A DNA stretch of 63,458 bases from Raja brachyura (Eukaryota): the NCBI GenBank assembly GCA_963514005.1, contig CAUPSL010001045.1, positions 1 to 63,458 of the forward strand, read 5' to 3'. The notes beneath the pieces are model-generated. The model was not told where the DNA came from. It ran no database searches and was given only the letters and a program-made list of their open reading frames with translations. The position numbers and the translations under genes were made by a program. Of this stretch, positions 1-12,145 are shown in pieces. How positions within the stretch are numbered: the first letter of the stretch is position 1; every line of letters starts with the position of its first letter.

Positions 1-45
1 GAAGTCAATAAACAGCAGCCTGATGTAGGTGTTGTTGCTGCCCAG

Positions 46-678
46 GTGGGACAGGGCAGAGTGTATATAAAGTTCTGCACTGACAACGTCACTACCCACA
101 AAGAGATAAATACCTTCCCTAACCAGATGCCGTGGATGAGCAGGGAGGTCAGACTCCTGCTGAAGGCTCGCGACGCCGCTTTTAAATCTGGCGACGCTGA
201 GGGATACAGCTCATCCAAGGCCAATCTGAAGAAGGGAATTAGGAATGCTAAACTCAATCACAAACGGCGGATTGAGGAGCATTTCCGAACAACTTTGACC
301 CCAGGCGCATGTGGCAAGGAATCAAATACATTGCCGACTAACATAAAGTCAACCCCCCCCCCCCCAAGCAACGCCTCCCTTCCTGATGAGCTAAACCATT
401 TCTATGCTCGCTTTGACCGGGACAACAAAACTCCAGCCATCAAAGTTGCTCCACCCCCGAATGAACAACCCTTCAGTCTGTACAAGATACACTGAGCAAG
501 GTGAATGAGCACATAGCTGCCGGCCCCGATGGCATCCCCGGGCGTGTGCTCAGGGCCTGTGCTGGACAAATATCCCTGGTCCCCACTGACATTGTCAATC
601 TGTCACTGGCCCAGGGTGTCGTCCCCACTTGCCTCAAGACATCTACCATTGTGCCAGTGCCCACACAATCAGCGACAA
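46..678 (+). mobile_element. Non-LTR retrotransposon ORF2 fragment (Rex1/Babar- or L2-like), frameshifted
   Basis: ORFs 46-495 and 501-680 give LPDELNHFYARFD and [36 protein letters not shown], the pre-RT region of this LINE group. Confidence 0.8.
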
Positions 679-2885
679 TCTCTCCCCTCTCTCCCCTTTT
701 TCTCTCTCTTCCCCCTCTCTCTATTATCTCTCTCCCCCTCTCTACCCTCTTTCTCTCAATCTCCCCCCTCTCTCTCTCATCTCTCTCTTCTCTCTCCCAT
801 CTCGCTCTTTCATCTCTCTCCCCCCTCTATCTCTCCGGCTTTCTCTCCCCCTCTCCCTCTCCCCCTCTCTCCCTCTCCTTCTCTCTACCCCTCCCTCTCC
901 CCCTCTCTTTCCCATCTATCAGTCTCCGCCCTCTCTCAATCTCACTCTTTTAATCCCCCTACCCCTCTCCCTCTTCCCTCGTCTCTCTCTCTTCCTGTCT
1001 CTCTCTCCGCTATCTCACCCACTCTCCCTCCCACTATCTCTCTACCCTTATCTCTCCCCTTCTCTCTCCCTGTATCTCCCCTCTCTACCCCCCCTCTCTC
1101 CCCGTCTCCCCCCTCTATCTCTCCATGTCTCTTCCGTCTCACTCCCCCTCGCTCACTCTCTGTCTCCCCTCTCTCGCTATCCCTTCTCCTCCTCTCTCTC
1201 TCTCCTATCCTTCTCTCTGTATCCTCTCTCTCTCCCCCGTCTCTTTCTCTCTCCCCTCTCTCTTATCTCCTCCTATATCCATGCCTCTCTCGCTCCACTC
1301 TCCCCGCTCTCCCTCTCTCCCCTCTATGCCTCCCACTCTCTTTCTCTGCCCCCTCTCTCTCTCCACCCTCTCTCTCCTCCTCTCTCTCCCTCCCTACCCC
1401 TCTCTCTCCCCACCCCCTCTCCCTCTCTCGCCCCCTCTCTCCTATCTCTCTTTCTCACTCTCTCGCTCCCCTCTCGTTTTCCGCTCTCCCCCTCTCTGAC
1501 TGCCTCACCCCCCTCTCTCTCTCTCTCTCTCGCTCTGCCCCCTCTCTCTCTCCTTTCTCTCTCTCTCTCTCTCTCCTTTCTCTCTCTCCCCTTTCTCTCT
1601 CACCCCTCTCTCGCTCCCCTTTATCTATCTCTCTCACATCTCGGTCCCCTCTGCCCCCCCCCTCTCTTCCCCCTCTCTCTCCTCCCTCTCTCTCCCTCCC
1701 CCTCCATATCCCCACTCTCTCCTCCCTCTTTCCCTCATGCCCCCTCTCTCTCTTATATCTCTCTTCTCTCTCCCATCCCGCTCTTTCATCTCTCTCCCCC
1801 TCTCTCTCCCGCTTTCTCTCCCCCCTCACTATCTCCCTCTCCCCTCTCTCTAACCATCTCTCTCCCCCTCTCTCTCTCCCCACTCTCTCTCCGCCTTCTC
1901 TCTGTCTTTCCCCTCTCTTCCTCCCCCTCTCCCTCTCTCTCTCTGTCCTCGTCTCTCTCTCTTCCTGTCTCTCTCTCCCCTATCTCCCCACTCTCCCTCC
2001 CACTATCACTCTCCCCCTCTCTCTCTCTCACCCTCCCCCTCTCTGCCCCTTCTCTCTCCCCGTCTATCTCTATCACTCTCTTTCCCCGCTCTCTCTCCCT
2101 CACGTACTCCATCTCTCTCTCCACCCATCTGTCTTACTGTCCCCCTCTCTCTCTACCCTTCTCTCTCCCTCTCTCTTCCTGTCTCTCTCAATGCCGTATC
2201 TCCCCCACTCTTCCTCCCACTCCCTCTCCCTCTCTCTCCCTCACTCTCTCTCTACCACTCACTCTCCCACTCTCCCCCTCTCACTCCCCCTCACCCCTCT
2301 CTCGCTCCGCCTCTCTCTCACTCCCCTCTCTCCCCCTCTCCCCTATTTCTCCCACTCTCTCTCCCTGTATCTCTCCCCTATCTATCTCCTCCTCTCCCGC
2401 CCCTCCGTCTCTCTCCCCGTCTCTCTCCCCCTCTCTCTCTTCCCTCTCCTCTAACACCCCTCTCTCCCCTCTCCCTCTCTCTCTCTTCCCTCTCCTCTAA
2501 CCCCCCTCTCTCCCCTCTCCCTCTCTCTCCTCTCCCCTTTCTTTCTCTCTCACTCCCGTCACCCTTTTCTCTGTCTACTCTCTCTCTGCCCTCCCTCTCT
2601 CTCCCTCTTTCTCTCTCTCCCCTCTCCGTCTCTCCTCTCTCTCCCCTTTCTCTTCCCCTCTCTCTCTCCATCAATGTCTCCCCCACTGTCTCTCTCTCTC
2701 CCCCTCTATCCCCTCTCTACCCTCTTTCTCCACCTCCCTCTGTCCCCCCTCTCTCTACCTCCGCTCTCTCTCCTCTCCCTCCTTCCCTCTTTCACCCATC
2801 TCACTCCCCTCTCTCACTCTCTCCCTCCCCCTCTCTCCCTCCCCTCTGTCCCCATCTCTCTCCCCCCCTCTCTCTCTCTCTCCTC
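678..2885. repeat. ~2.2 kb imperfect polypyrimidine (CT-rich) tract
   Basis: Almost entirely C/T on the + strand; produces spurious S/L/P-rich and R/E/G-rich ORFs. Confidence 0.95.
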
Positions 2886-2889
2886 GTAC

Positions 2890-3190
2890 CTCATTAATTC
2901 TCCCCGTTTTTTTCTGTTTAGTTATCTTCTGTTGTTCTTTAAACATGACCCAATCCTCTTGCTTCCTGCTCATCTTTTCTACGTTGTACATCTTCGCTTT
3001 AATGTTTATACTGTCCCTGTCGTCCCTTGTCAGCCACGGTCGCCCCTTACTCCCCTTGGAATCTTTCTTCCTCTTTGGAATGAACTGTTCCTGCACCTTG
3101 TGTATTATTCCCAGAAATACCTTCCATTGTTGCTCTACTCTCATCCCTGCTAGGGCATCTTTCCAGTCAACTTTGGCCAGCTCCTCCCTC
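2890..3190 (-). mobile_element. CR1 ORF2 internal fragment
   Basis: EQQWKVFLGIIHKVQEQFIPKRKK..PWLTR matches the endonuclease-RT linker of the CR1 copies elsewhere in the window (e.g. ORF 15988-17163). Confidence 0.75.
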
Positions 3191-3272
3191 CGTCCCTCAT
3201 GGCTCCGGCGGTGAATGTCAGGAGCCGGAGCCCGGAGCGGACAGACTGCGGCAGCCTCTGGGATGGATGCGC

Positions 3273-5243
3273 TCAGGGCGGGGATTTATTAATGAGCCGA
3301 AGCACTGAGGTGAGCGGATATTTCACCGCGTTCTTCACTTGCTCCCTGAACTTGTACTGGGTCACCGCGTAAATAAATGTGTTGGTGCAGCAGCTGAGAT
3401 TCCTCAGCAAATACCCGACGAAATTAAAGATATATTGAGACCCATTCCAAACTTTTCCAATTCCTGTGATCTGATAATAAACGAAGTTTACAACATACGT
3501 CAGCCACAGGAGGATGAAGCTGCCGGAGATGGTGAAGAGTAAAACCATAGACCTCCTCCTGCTCTCCATCTCCGGGTCACTGCGGTTCTCACCCCTCAGC
3601 CCCTTACGGACCCGACTGGCCACTAAAATGTGGCGGACTGTCAGAGCGTTGAGCAGCAGGATTATAGCGAAAGGGAGCAACGGAGTTAAAACCTTGTCGA
3701 TCCAGTCATATGCCACCCACCCGGGGTTAGTGTAATAACTGTCCACCGTGGTACAGTCCCATGGGACATTGTCGATGATTGTCCGGGGTTCATGTATGAA
3801 GTAGCGGGGAAGGTTTTTCAGACAGAACAGAACGCCGGTTGTTGCCAGAACCACAGCCGCAGTTTTCCCGGTACAATATTTAGTTTTCAGCTTCTGGCAA
3901 CAAATGGCGACAAAGCGATCAAAGGTGAAAGTGACGGTGAACCAGACAGAACAGCGTGTGGCTGCAGATATCAGTACAGCGTTAACACTACACACAGGGG
4001 TGATGGTCAGGAAGCTCAAAAAAAAGTAATGCTGTCGGAGCTGATACAAAATGACCTCGGTGATGATGACCAGCAGATCGGCCGCTGCCATGGCCACCAG
4101 GTAGCGAGTGGTGCAGGTGGAGAGGCCGCACTTTCCCCGGGACAGGATCACAATCGCCACTAAATTCACTGTGGAAAGACAAGGGAACGGCCACTGGGCA
4201 TTTACTCAACACGGTCTCCGGGGCTGAACACCGGCTCGACTTTCAGCTGAAGATCAGGAGTGTTGGAGTTGGTGCGCGGCTGCTGCAAGTTTAACAATGT
4301 CAGAGCCGGCTCCGACTGTACTCGACCTGCCTGCCTGCTTCAGGGGATTAGAGATAAGGCGACGGGCGGGCGGGGTAAAGGGCGGGGAGGGAACGAGCAG
4401 CCACCCGCTACAATAGGCGTAATGGTTCTTTCTATAGTGAACCCTGCTGCTGCTCACAGTCTCTGATGGGGCCGCTTGCACAGGCTTAACCGTGAGCGGC
4501 CGGCCTCGTTTAACCAGGGCTCTGGGAACTCGGCATCTGATGGGGACGAGGAGGCTTCCAGAGGGAAGGCAGGGACAACATTGAATCCGGCAGCAGAGTG
4601 GCTCCGTTAATGGATTCATTTCACAGTGAGTTCAGTTCAGTAACAACACACACACACACACGCCGGTAGATCCGCGGCCACTGGTCCAGGATATGGATCC
4701 AATTATTGACCAACAGGTGGTGGGTGGAATCCGACTGTGACAGACATACGCCACAGTGAGACACAGTGTCCACACGAGCAGCTGTTCACTCTGATCAATA
4801 ACTCAGTCTCAGTGAACTTCACAATGTGAACCCCTCTCTCCCAGTCACACCGTCCGGAGAGCTGCCTGCCTGCCTGTCCCGAGCACTGGGACAACACTGG
4901 GCAAGGTGCCACTGAAGGCAATAACAAGTATTCTAGTGGCTCCCGGCCGGCAGCAGAGAGAGAAATAGCGGGTTACTTTCAGCTGTCTGAAAATTAGAAA
5001 AATCACAGCAGCGTTAATTCACAAATATTTCACTGAGAGGATTGACATTCTTCACATATTCTTGTACAACGATCATCAGTTGAGAACTTGTAACATGATG
5101 AGAATCAGGTGAACACCAGTTAACACACGGATGGAGTTATAAAACTTGAATTGTTCTGCTCACTTACCAGGGACTCCAACGGCAGCAATGATCGCGTACA
5201 AGATCTTCTCCACGGCGTAATATTCATAAAAATGCTGCCCCAT
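3273..5243 (-). CDS. GPR139/GPR142-like class A (rhodopsin) GPCR, two coding exons (5243-5168 and 4168-3273), ~323 aa
   Basis: Exon 1 reads MGQHFYEYYAVEKILYAIIAAVGVP+G|gtaagtg. Acceptor ctttccacag|TG AAT completes the Val codon (phase 1). Exon 2 has YLVAMAAADLL (TM2), TFDRFVAIC (TM3), PLLPF (TM5) and CTNTFIY (TM7) with an open frame to the stop. The start ATG is inferred. Confidence 0.9.
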
Positions 5244-6419
5244 TTTCTCTGCCCAGCTACGTGTCCCCTTGAGCTGCCGGTAATGTCTCGGAATGAAATG
5301 CTGGGACACAACATTCTTGGAGATTTTATACCATTTTCCGTCTCCACCGGGACAGTGAAGTTTCAACAGAGTTTAAAAATAGAGATTTAGAAATGATTCA
5401 CAAACAGATGACATCAGCCAAGTGAAATCCCCGCTGAGACAGGTTGTGATTTATTCAGGGAATTGAGTGAGAAACTCCAAAGACTGGGAATTGTGGCGAT
5501 AGATACCAAGGGATGGAAATTGGGAGCGGCGGCATAGTTCCAGCAAAGGAGATATTGTTTCAAACACCATCAGATCCAACTCTCCACCTCATGTTGTTTA
5601 TCTGATTTCCTTCAATCCGTTTCACTCAGCAAGGCAATGCCAAATTCCAGGGACCCTCTCAGGGCTTCTGGTGCCCAGTTTGAAGGTGGACTCGACTGGG
5701 CGACCGTTGTCCACAGGTTGAGGAATTAGTTCAACACATCAACTCGGATTAAAATGCCCCCCCCCCCTCCTCCACTCTGCTTCACCACTCAATATGATCG
5801 CGGCTTAACTGACTGACTGTTACTCCAAGCCCAAACTCCCGGCGATCCCGGTATACATTCACTCCCTGCTTGCCTGAAGTGGATCTGACTTTGACCAGCG
5901 ACAATAACATTCGCTGTCTTCACCACCTTCTGTGGAGGAACGACCCAGACACACAAAGACACCCTGAGAACAAATACATTACCGCCTTAGATTTGTCCTA
6001 AACCCACGTAAAACTGCGAATGATGCAGCACCTCTCCCTCCTCTCTTTCTCTCTCCCTCCATCCTTACTGCTTTCCTCTCTCTGATCTGTCACTTTCTCC
6101 CCTGCTCTCTAATCTCCCTCTCTGCGCCGGTATATCTCTGTCAACCTTTCTTCCCTTATCCCTCCCTCCCCTCTCACTCTCACTACATCTCTCGCTCCGT
6201 TTTTCTTATCTCTCTGACACTTCCCTCTCTTTCTTCTATCAACCCACTCGCTCTGAACTCTTCTCCTTCCCACACTACATTTAATAGTTCACTCTCCCTC
6301 CACCTCTTCCACTTTGGTCGTCACCGCTATCTTTCCCTTTCATCTTCGTACTCCCTATCTGTCTCTTCATTCCCCCAACTCTCCTCCTGCTCGCCCTCAC
6401 CTCTCTCTCCAACGCCTTT

Positions 6420-7100
6420 CTTGAGAAGTACGGTGAGCCGCCATGGGATGTAACAGCTGTCCATATAACCCTTTCCTCACACTCCAGCAGCACTTCCAGG
6501 TGTTCCAGATATGGCCTTCCTTACATCTGGGTGGCCGAACGTCGACTCGGCGAACGTTACGCCAAACACTTTCATTCCGCCCAGGCCTGCCGGATCTCCC
6601 CGTTGCCAACCATTGTAACTCTGCTTCCCACAATTTCGGCCCTGGGCCTCCTCCATTGCCAGAGTGAGGCTACATGCAAACTGAAAGACCGCCACTTCAT
6701 ATTCCGCTTTGGTACCTTGCAACCTCATGGTATGAGCATTGAATTATCCAATGTTAGGTAGGTAGCGTGAACATTCCCGCTTTCCCCTCGCTCTTCCTCG
6801 TGCCTCGAACGGACTCCCACCCACTTATCTCCTCTACCCTCTCACCCGCACCCCCCCCACACCACTTCCGCCGACATTCCTTCACCTATCTTTATAATTC
6901 CATCCTCTTCAATCTTCATTTCGCTCCTTACATAGTTGAATCTCAGGTATCAACTATAACAACCCTATTAATCTGCATCCGCACATCATTCAACTCACTT
7001 TTTCTGCCTCCCTATGTTCCATCCTTCTCCCCCTTCCTACCGCAATCAGTCTGAAGAAGGATCCCGAACCGAAACGTCACCTATTCATTTTCTGAGAAGG
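6420..7100 (+). mobile_element. Penelope-like element 3' fragment (GIY-YIG C-terminus plus tail)
   Basis: RRLGERYAKH..LPVANH.NS.SH..LGLLHCQSEATCKL..HFIFRFGTLQPHGMSIE; tail carries CTGAAGA..GAAACGTC. Confidence 0.7.
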
Positions 7101-7119
7101 CATAGGTAGATCGGCATGT

Positions 7120-8829
7120 CATAGAAACATAGAAACATAGAAAATAGGTGCAGGAGTAGGCCATTCGGCCCTTCGAGCCTGCACCGCCATTCAATGTGAT
7201 CATGGCTGATCATCCAACTCAGTATCCCGTACCTGCCTTCTCTCCATACCCCCTGATCCCTTTAGCCACAAGTGCCACATCTAACGCCCTCTTAAATATA
7301 GCCAATGAACTGGCCTCAACTACCTTCTGTGGCAGAGAATTCCACAGACTCACCACTCTCTGTGTAAAGAATGTTTTCCTCATTTCGGTCCTAAAGGAAT
7401 TCCCCCTTATCCTTAGACTGTGACCCCTTGTTCTGGACTCCCCCAACATCGGGAACAATCTTCCAGCATCTAGCTTGTCCAACCCCTTAAGAATTTTGTA
7501 GGTTTCTATAAGATCCCCCCTCAATCTTCTAAATTCCATCGAGTACAAACCGAGTCTATCCAATCTTTCCTCATATGAAAGTCCTGACATCCCAGGAATC
7601 AGTCTGGTGAATCTTCTCTGTACCCCCTCTATGGCAAGGATGTCTTTCCTCAGATTTGGAGACCAAAACTGTACGCAGTACTCCAGGTGTGGCCTCACCA
7701 AAACCCTGTACAACTGCAGTAGAACCTCCCTGCTCCTATACTCAAATCCTTTCGCTATGAATGCTAACATACCATTTGCTTTCTTCACTGCCTGCTGCAC
7801 CTGCATGCCTACTTTCAATGACTGGTGTACCATGACACCCAGGTCTCGTTGCAGCTCCCCCTTACCTAATCTGCCACCATTCAGATAATAGTCTACCCTC
7901 ATGTTTTTGCCACCAAAGTGGATAACCTCACATTTATCCACATTGTACTGCATCTGCCATGCATCTGCCCATTCACTCAGCCTATCCAAATCACCCTGCA
8001 GCCTCCAAGCATCCTCCTCACACCTAACTATACCCCCCAGCTTGGTATCATCTGCAAATTTGGAGATGTTGCATTGAATTCCCTCGTCCAAATCATTAAT
8101 ATATATTGTAAATAGCTGGGGTCCCAGCACTGAGCCTTGCGGCACCCCACTAGTCACTGCCTGCCATTCTGAAAAGGACCCGTTTACTCCTACCCTTTGC
8201 CTCCTGTCTGCTAGCCAGTTCTCTATCCACATCAATACTGAACCCCCAATACCGTGTGCTTTAAGTTTGTATGCTAATCTCTTATGCGGGACCTTGTCGA
8301 AAGCCTTCTGAAAGTCTAGATATAACACATCCACTGGTTCTCCCTTATCCACTCTACTAGTTACATCCTCGAAACATTCTATCAGATTTGTCAGACATGA
8401 TTTACCTTTCGTAAATCCATGCTGACTTTGTCCAATGATTTCACCACTTTCCAAATGCGCTGCTATCCCATCTTTAATAACTGACTCTAGCAGTTTCCCC
8501 ACTACCGATGTTAGACTAACTGGTCTGTAATTCCCCGCTTTCTCTCTCCCTCCTTTTTTAAAAAGTGGGGTTACATTAGCTACCCTCCAATCCTCAGGAA
8601 CTACTCCAGAATCTAAGGAATTTTGAAAAATTATCACTAATGCATCCACTATTTCTGTGGCTACCTCCTTGAGTACTCTGGGATGCAGACTATCTGGCCC
8701 TGGGGATTTATCGGCCTTCAATCCGTTCAATTTACCCAACACCACCTCCCGGCTAACCTGGATTTCACTCAGTTCCTCCATCTTATTTGACCCCCGTTCC
8801 ACTGCTATTTCCGGCAGATTATTTATGTC
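7120..8829 (-). mobile_element. CR1 LINE, 5'-truncated, RT frame intact (ORF 7219-8844)
   Basis: KSPGPD, NYRPVSLTS, YLDFQKAFD, GVPQGSVLGP, FADD motifs; (ATAGAAAC)n tail at ~7121-7141. Confidence 0.95.
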
Positions 8830-8899
8830 GCCTACAATTCTCACCGACTTCTACACTTGCACCATAGAAGGTTGGTTTGGGAACAGCTCCATCTGGACA

Positions 8900-9600
8900 G
8901 CTCCGTAAAGCTGGACAGGTCGCTTACATTTCCTCAACACCTGGCTGGTCTCCGCGACGAGGTCCTGGCACATAGCGGCGTTATCCGACGGCTGGCAGGA
9001 ACAAGTTGGGGAGCGAGTCCAACAACTCTTCACACCTCCGCCATAGCTCTTGTGTTTGCCCCAGCTGAGTACTGCGCACACGTATGGAGTAGAAGTAGAC
9101 ATACTAGCCTGGTAGACACGAGCCTGAACAGCACATTGTGAACCATCACTGGGTGCCTTCAACCTACTCCAGTCGAACAGCTCCCTATACTTGCAGGCAT
9201 TCCGCCTGCTGGGATCCCAAGGCAAGCAGCAACTCTGGCACTATCCCGTCGTACCATGGACCCAGATCACCTCCTCCATCAGGTTATCAGCAGAGAGACG
9301 AGGCCACCCCGACTGAAGTCCCGTCACCCCTTTGATCCACATGGAAAACAACTCCTAGCATCCATCCACCCAGCTGAGACAAAAGCACACTGGATAGCCA
9401 CCAAGTGGTCACAGAAGTGTAAGGCAACCTTAACTCCATTGCACAGCTACATCTCTTCACCACATAAAAGCTGTCCAGGGTCTGAGCTCCCCAGAGGAGC
9501 ATGGGTGAAGCTCAACGGACTCGGTACTGGAGTTGGGCATTTCAATGCCAGCATGTGGAGATGGGGACTCCGCCTGAGCCCAGCCTGTGAATGTGAATAT
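8900..9600 (+). mobile_element. Vingi/Ingi-like (I-clade) LINE 3' fragment, degraded
   Basis: LDRSLTF..RRLAGTSWGASPTTL.TSAIALV..AEYCA.VW and WVKLN..TGVG.F...MWRWG....PACEC; contains an in-frame stop and a frameshift. Clade assignment is from memory of motifs. Confidence 0.6.
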
Positions 9601-10669
9601 CAGGCAACGAAATAATCCTAACATAACCAGTGCTCAACTACTATCTACCTCTTTGGTGACCCTCGGCCGATCCTTGATGGGACGTTCCTGGCTTTACCTT
9701 GCACTAAATGTTATCCCCTTATCATGTAGGTATGCAATGTAAATGGCTCCATTGTCATCAATTGTTTTGTTTCCGCAGCAAAAGCATTTCATTGTACCCC
9801 GGTACATGTGACAATAAACTAAACCAAACAGAAAAACGAAACTAAACTTCTCCAGAGAGACATCCTGACTAGCATTGGTGATTGTGTGCGTGTGACAGTA
9901 TGAGTGTGTGTGTCCATGCATGGGTGTGTTAGGACGTGTATTTATGTATGAATGTGTGAGATTGTGCAAATCAGTTGGCGTGTGTGTGTGAGTGTAAGTG
10001 TATGCGTTCGCAAGAATTTCAATAATTCAATGGTATTTTATTGTCAGGTGTACCCAGGTACAATGAAATAATTAGTTTTAATGGCAACCCGGTAAAATCA
10101 TGTAGCAGAACTCACCTATACCGTACACAACTCCCAGCACATTTTGGTGCCGACAATGTTACAAACGTTAACCGAATAGTTCAATTTTCTGTTGCCACCG
10201 CAGCCCCCCCCCCCCCCCCTTCGTTCTCGGCGGCCTTCCTCGCTCTCCGATTGACCCCCTCGCTCTCTGCCACTGTTCGCGACTCCCTCCTCGGTACCGA
10301 GGTGCGGCTCTCATCGCCGTCCGCGGTGGGCGAACCGTGCCTACCGGGCCGAAAGAAGGGCGCCTTGCTCACCGGGAAAATTCCGGGTTGAGCTGCGTTG
10401 CGCAGCTCGCCGCGAACGCCCGGAATCCTTTTGAATCACAAAATTGGTAAGTGTGCAGACGCGTCTGCGTGTGTGAGTGCGGCAGAGTTTGTAATAGTGA
10501 CTCTATTTGCTTGTGTCTCTGTCTGCGTGAGTGTGTGAGTGTGCGTGTGAATATGTGAGCATTAGTAAGTGTGGGTGAGAGTGTGTACGTGTTTGAGGGC
10601 GTGTGGTTTTTTGTTTGTGAGGCAATGTCAGAAAAAACTAGACTAAATTGTACCCGGAGGGTCCCATGT

Positions 10670-11460
10670 TCACGTGGAATTACACACTGTGTAGTAATGA
10701 TTGGAGTACATAGAGTGATAGTTATGCCGGAGTGACACTGTGGGGATAGTTAAGCTGGATTGACACACTGTGGTGTAGCATTGGTGGAGTGGCACCCAAC
10801 GGGGTGGCATTCATGGGATGCTCACTGTGGAATAGTACTGATAGATTGGCACACTGTTGTATGTTACTGATGGACTGGCACACTGTGGGGCTATACTAAT
10901 GGACTGACGCACTGCGTGGTAATACTGATGGAATGTGACACTGTGGAGTATTTCTGATGGACTGACGCACTGAGGGTTTGAGCTGACCAATGACAAACTG
11001 TGTGTGTTTCTGAAGAAGTGAAATACTGTGTAGTAGTACTGATGGAGTGAATCACTACGGGGTAGTATCGATGGAGAGACACACTATAGGATAGTATTGT
11101 TGGAATGACACACCGTGGGGTCGTACAGATGTAGTGAAACAGTGTGGGGTAGTACTTCTTCTCCTTCTTCTTCTTGCCTGTGGCGTGCACAGCCTATAGT
11201 TGTTGGGCAACTTCTTCTATTTGGTCTTCCGTTTGTGCACGTCCAGTTGATTGCATTAGTCGAAACAGGGAGGACCACGTGAAGGTTGCAATCTTCCAAC
11301 GTGGTTCCTACTGTTTGAGTGACACACTATGGGGTAGTACTGAGACAGTTACACACTGTGCGGTGGAACGGATGGAATGGCACTCTTGTATAGTACTGAT
11401 GGAACGACACACTGTGGGATAGTACTGATGGAGTTAAACACTGTGGGGTTGTAATGATGT
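10670..11460. repeat. Degenerate ~30-bp minisatellite (consensus ~GACACACTGTGGGGTAGTACTGATGGAAT) interrupted at ~11155-11310
   Basis: Repeating acactgtg..tagtactgatgga units at ~30-bp spacing. Confidence 0.8.
11155..11300 (-). mobile_element. Short retroelement 3' end with (GAA)n tail inserted in the minisatellite
   Basis: Non-repeat block ending, on the minus strand, in caagaagaagaaggagaagaa. Confidence 0.45.
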
Positions 11461-12145
11461 TATGTACCACTTTGATGCACTCTCTCTCTAGTTACCATTT
11501 TCCCCTTGGCCGCAGACTTATACTCCGACGTTATATCTTTCAAGGAACACGGTACGCGTGTTCAACTCGGTGCAGAGACTGAAATCGAGATTTATCCCTC
11601 GGAAAAAATAGCCGCCAAACGACTAATAGTTTATCGGATCATCTACTCGGTGCAGTTTGGAACAACGACAAGTAATTTTGACATAATAAATGTAGGCCTC
11701 TGAGAGGCCTTGACATGATGGGTATTAAACGAAACACACAACGGGTTGCTGGCTAATTCAGTTCGAAAAAATGCTTCAGAATACGAATTGAGTGACTGAG
11801 ATTTAAATGGAATTTATCCTTGCAAACATATCTGAATACACCGTACCTCCTACCCAGAAATTAGTGATGCTCATTTATCAAGTACAAATATGGCTGGGCG
11901 AACATGTTTTTTGGACAATAGGGAAATGAAGAGTAATGTAATCAGGTATGAAATGATCAAGTTCTGAAACTGTGCACCACGGAACATACGAATAACTTAT
12001 TACCCTCCGTTATCAGAACTCTGAACAATCCTTCCACAGCTGAGGTACTGTACACTTTGCCTCTATCGTCATTCCTTCATCATCCTTGAAAAAATTAGCG
12101 ATGCAGTAGTGCTGGTTTCCGACGGGTAAATGGCGGCTTTGGACT

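Noticed and set aside
529-2500. 641-aa and 623-aa S/L/P-rich ORFs and antisense R/E/G-rich ORFs
   Set aside because: Artefacts of a CT-rich tract that lacks stop codons.
11506-11703. J-segment-like peptide FKEHGTRVQL
   Set aside because: No FGxG motif, no upstream RSS, no clear splice donor.
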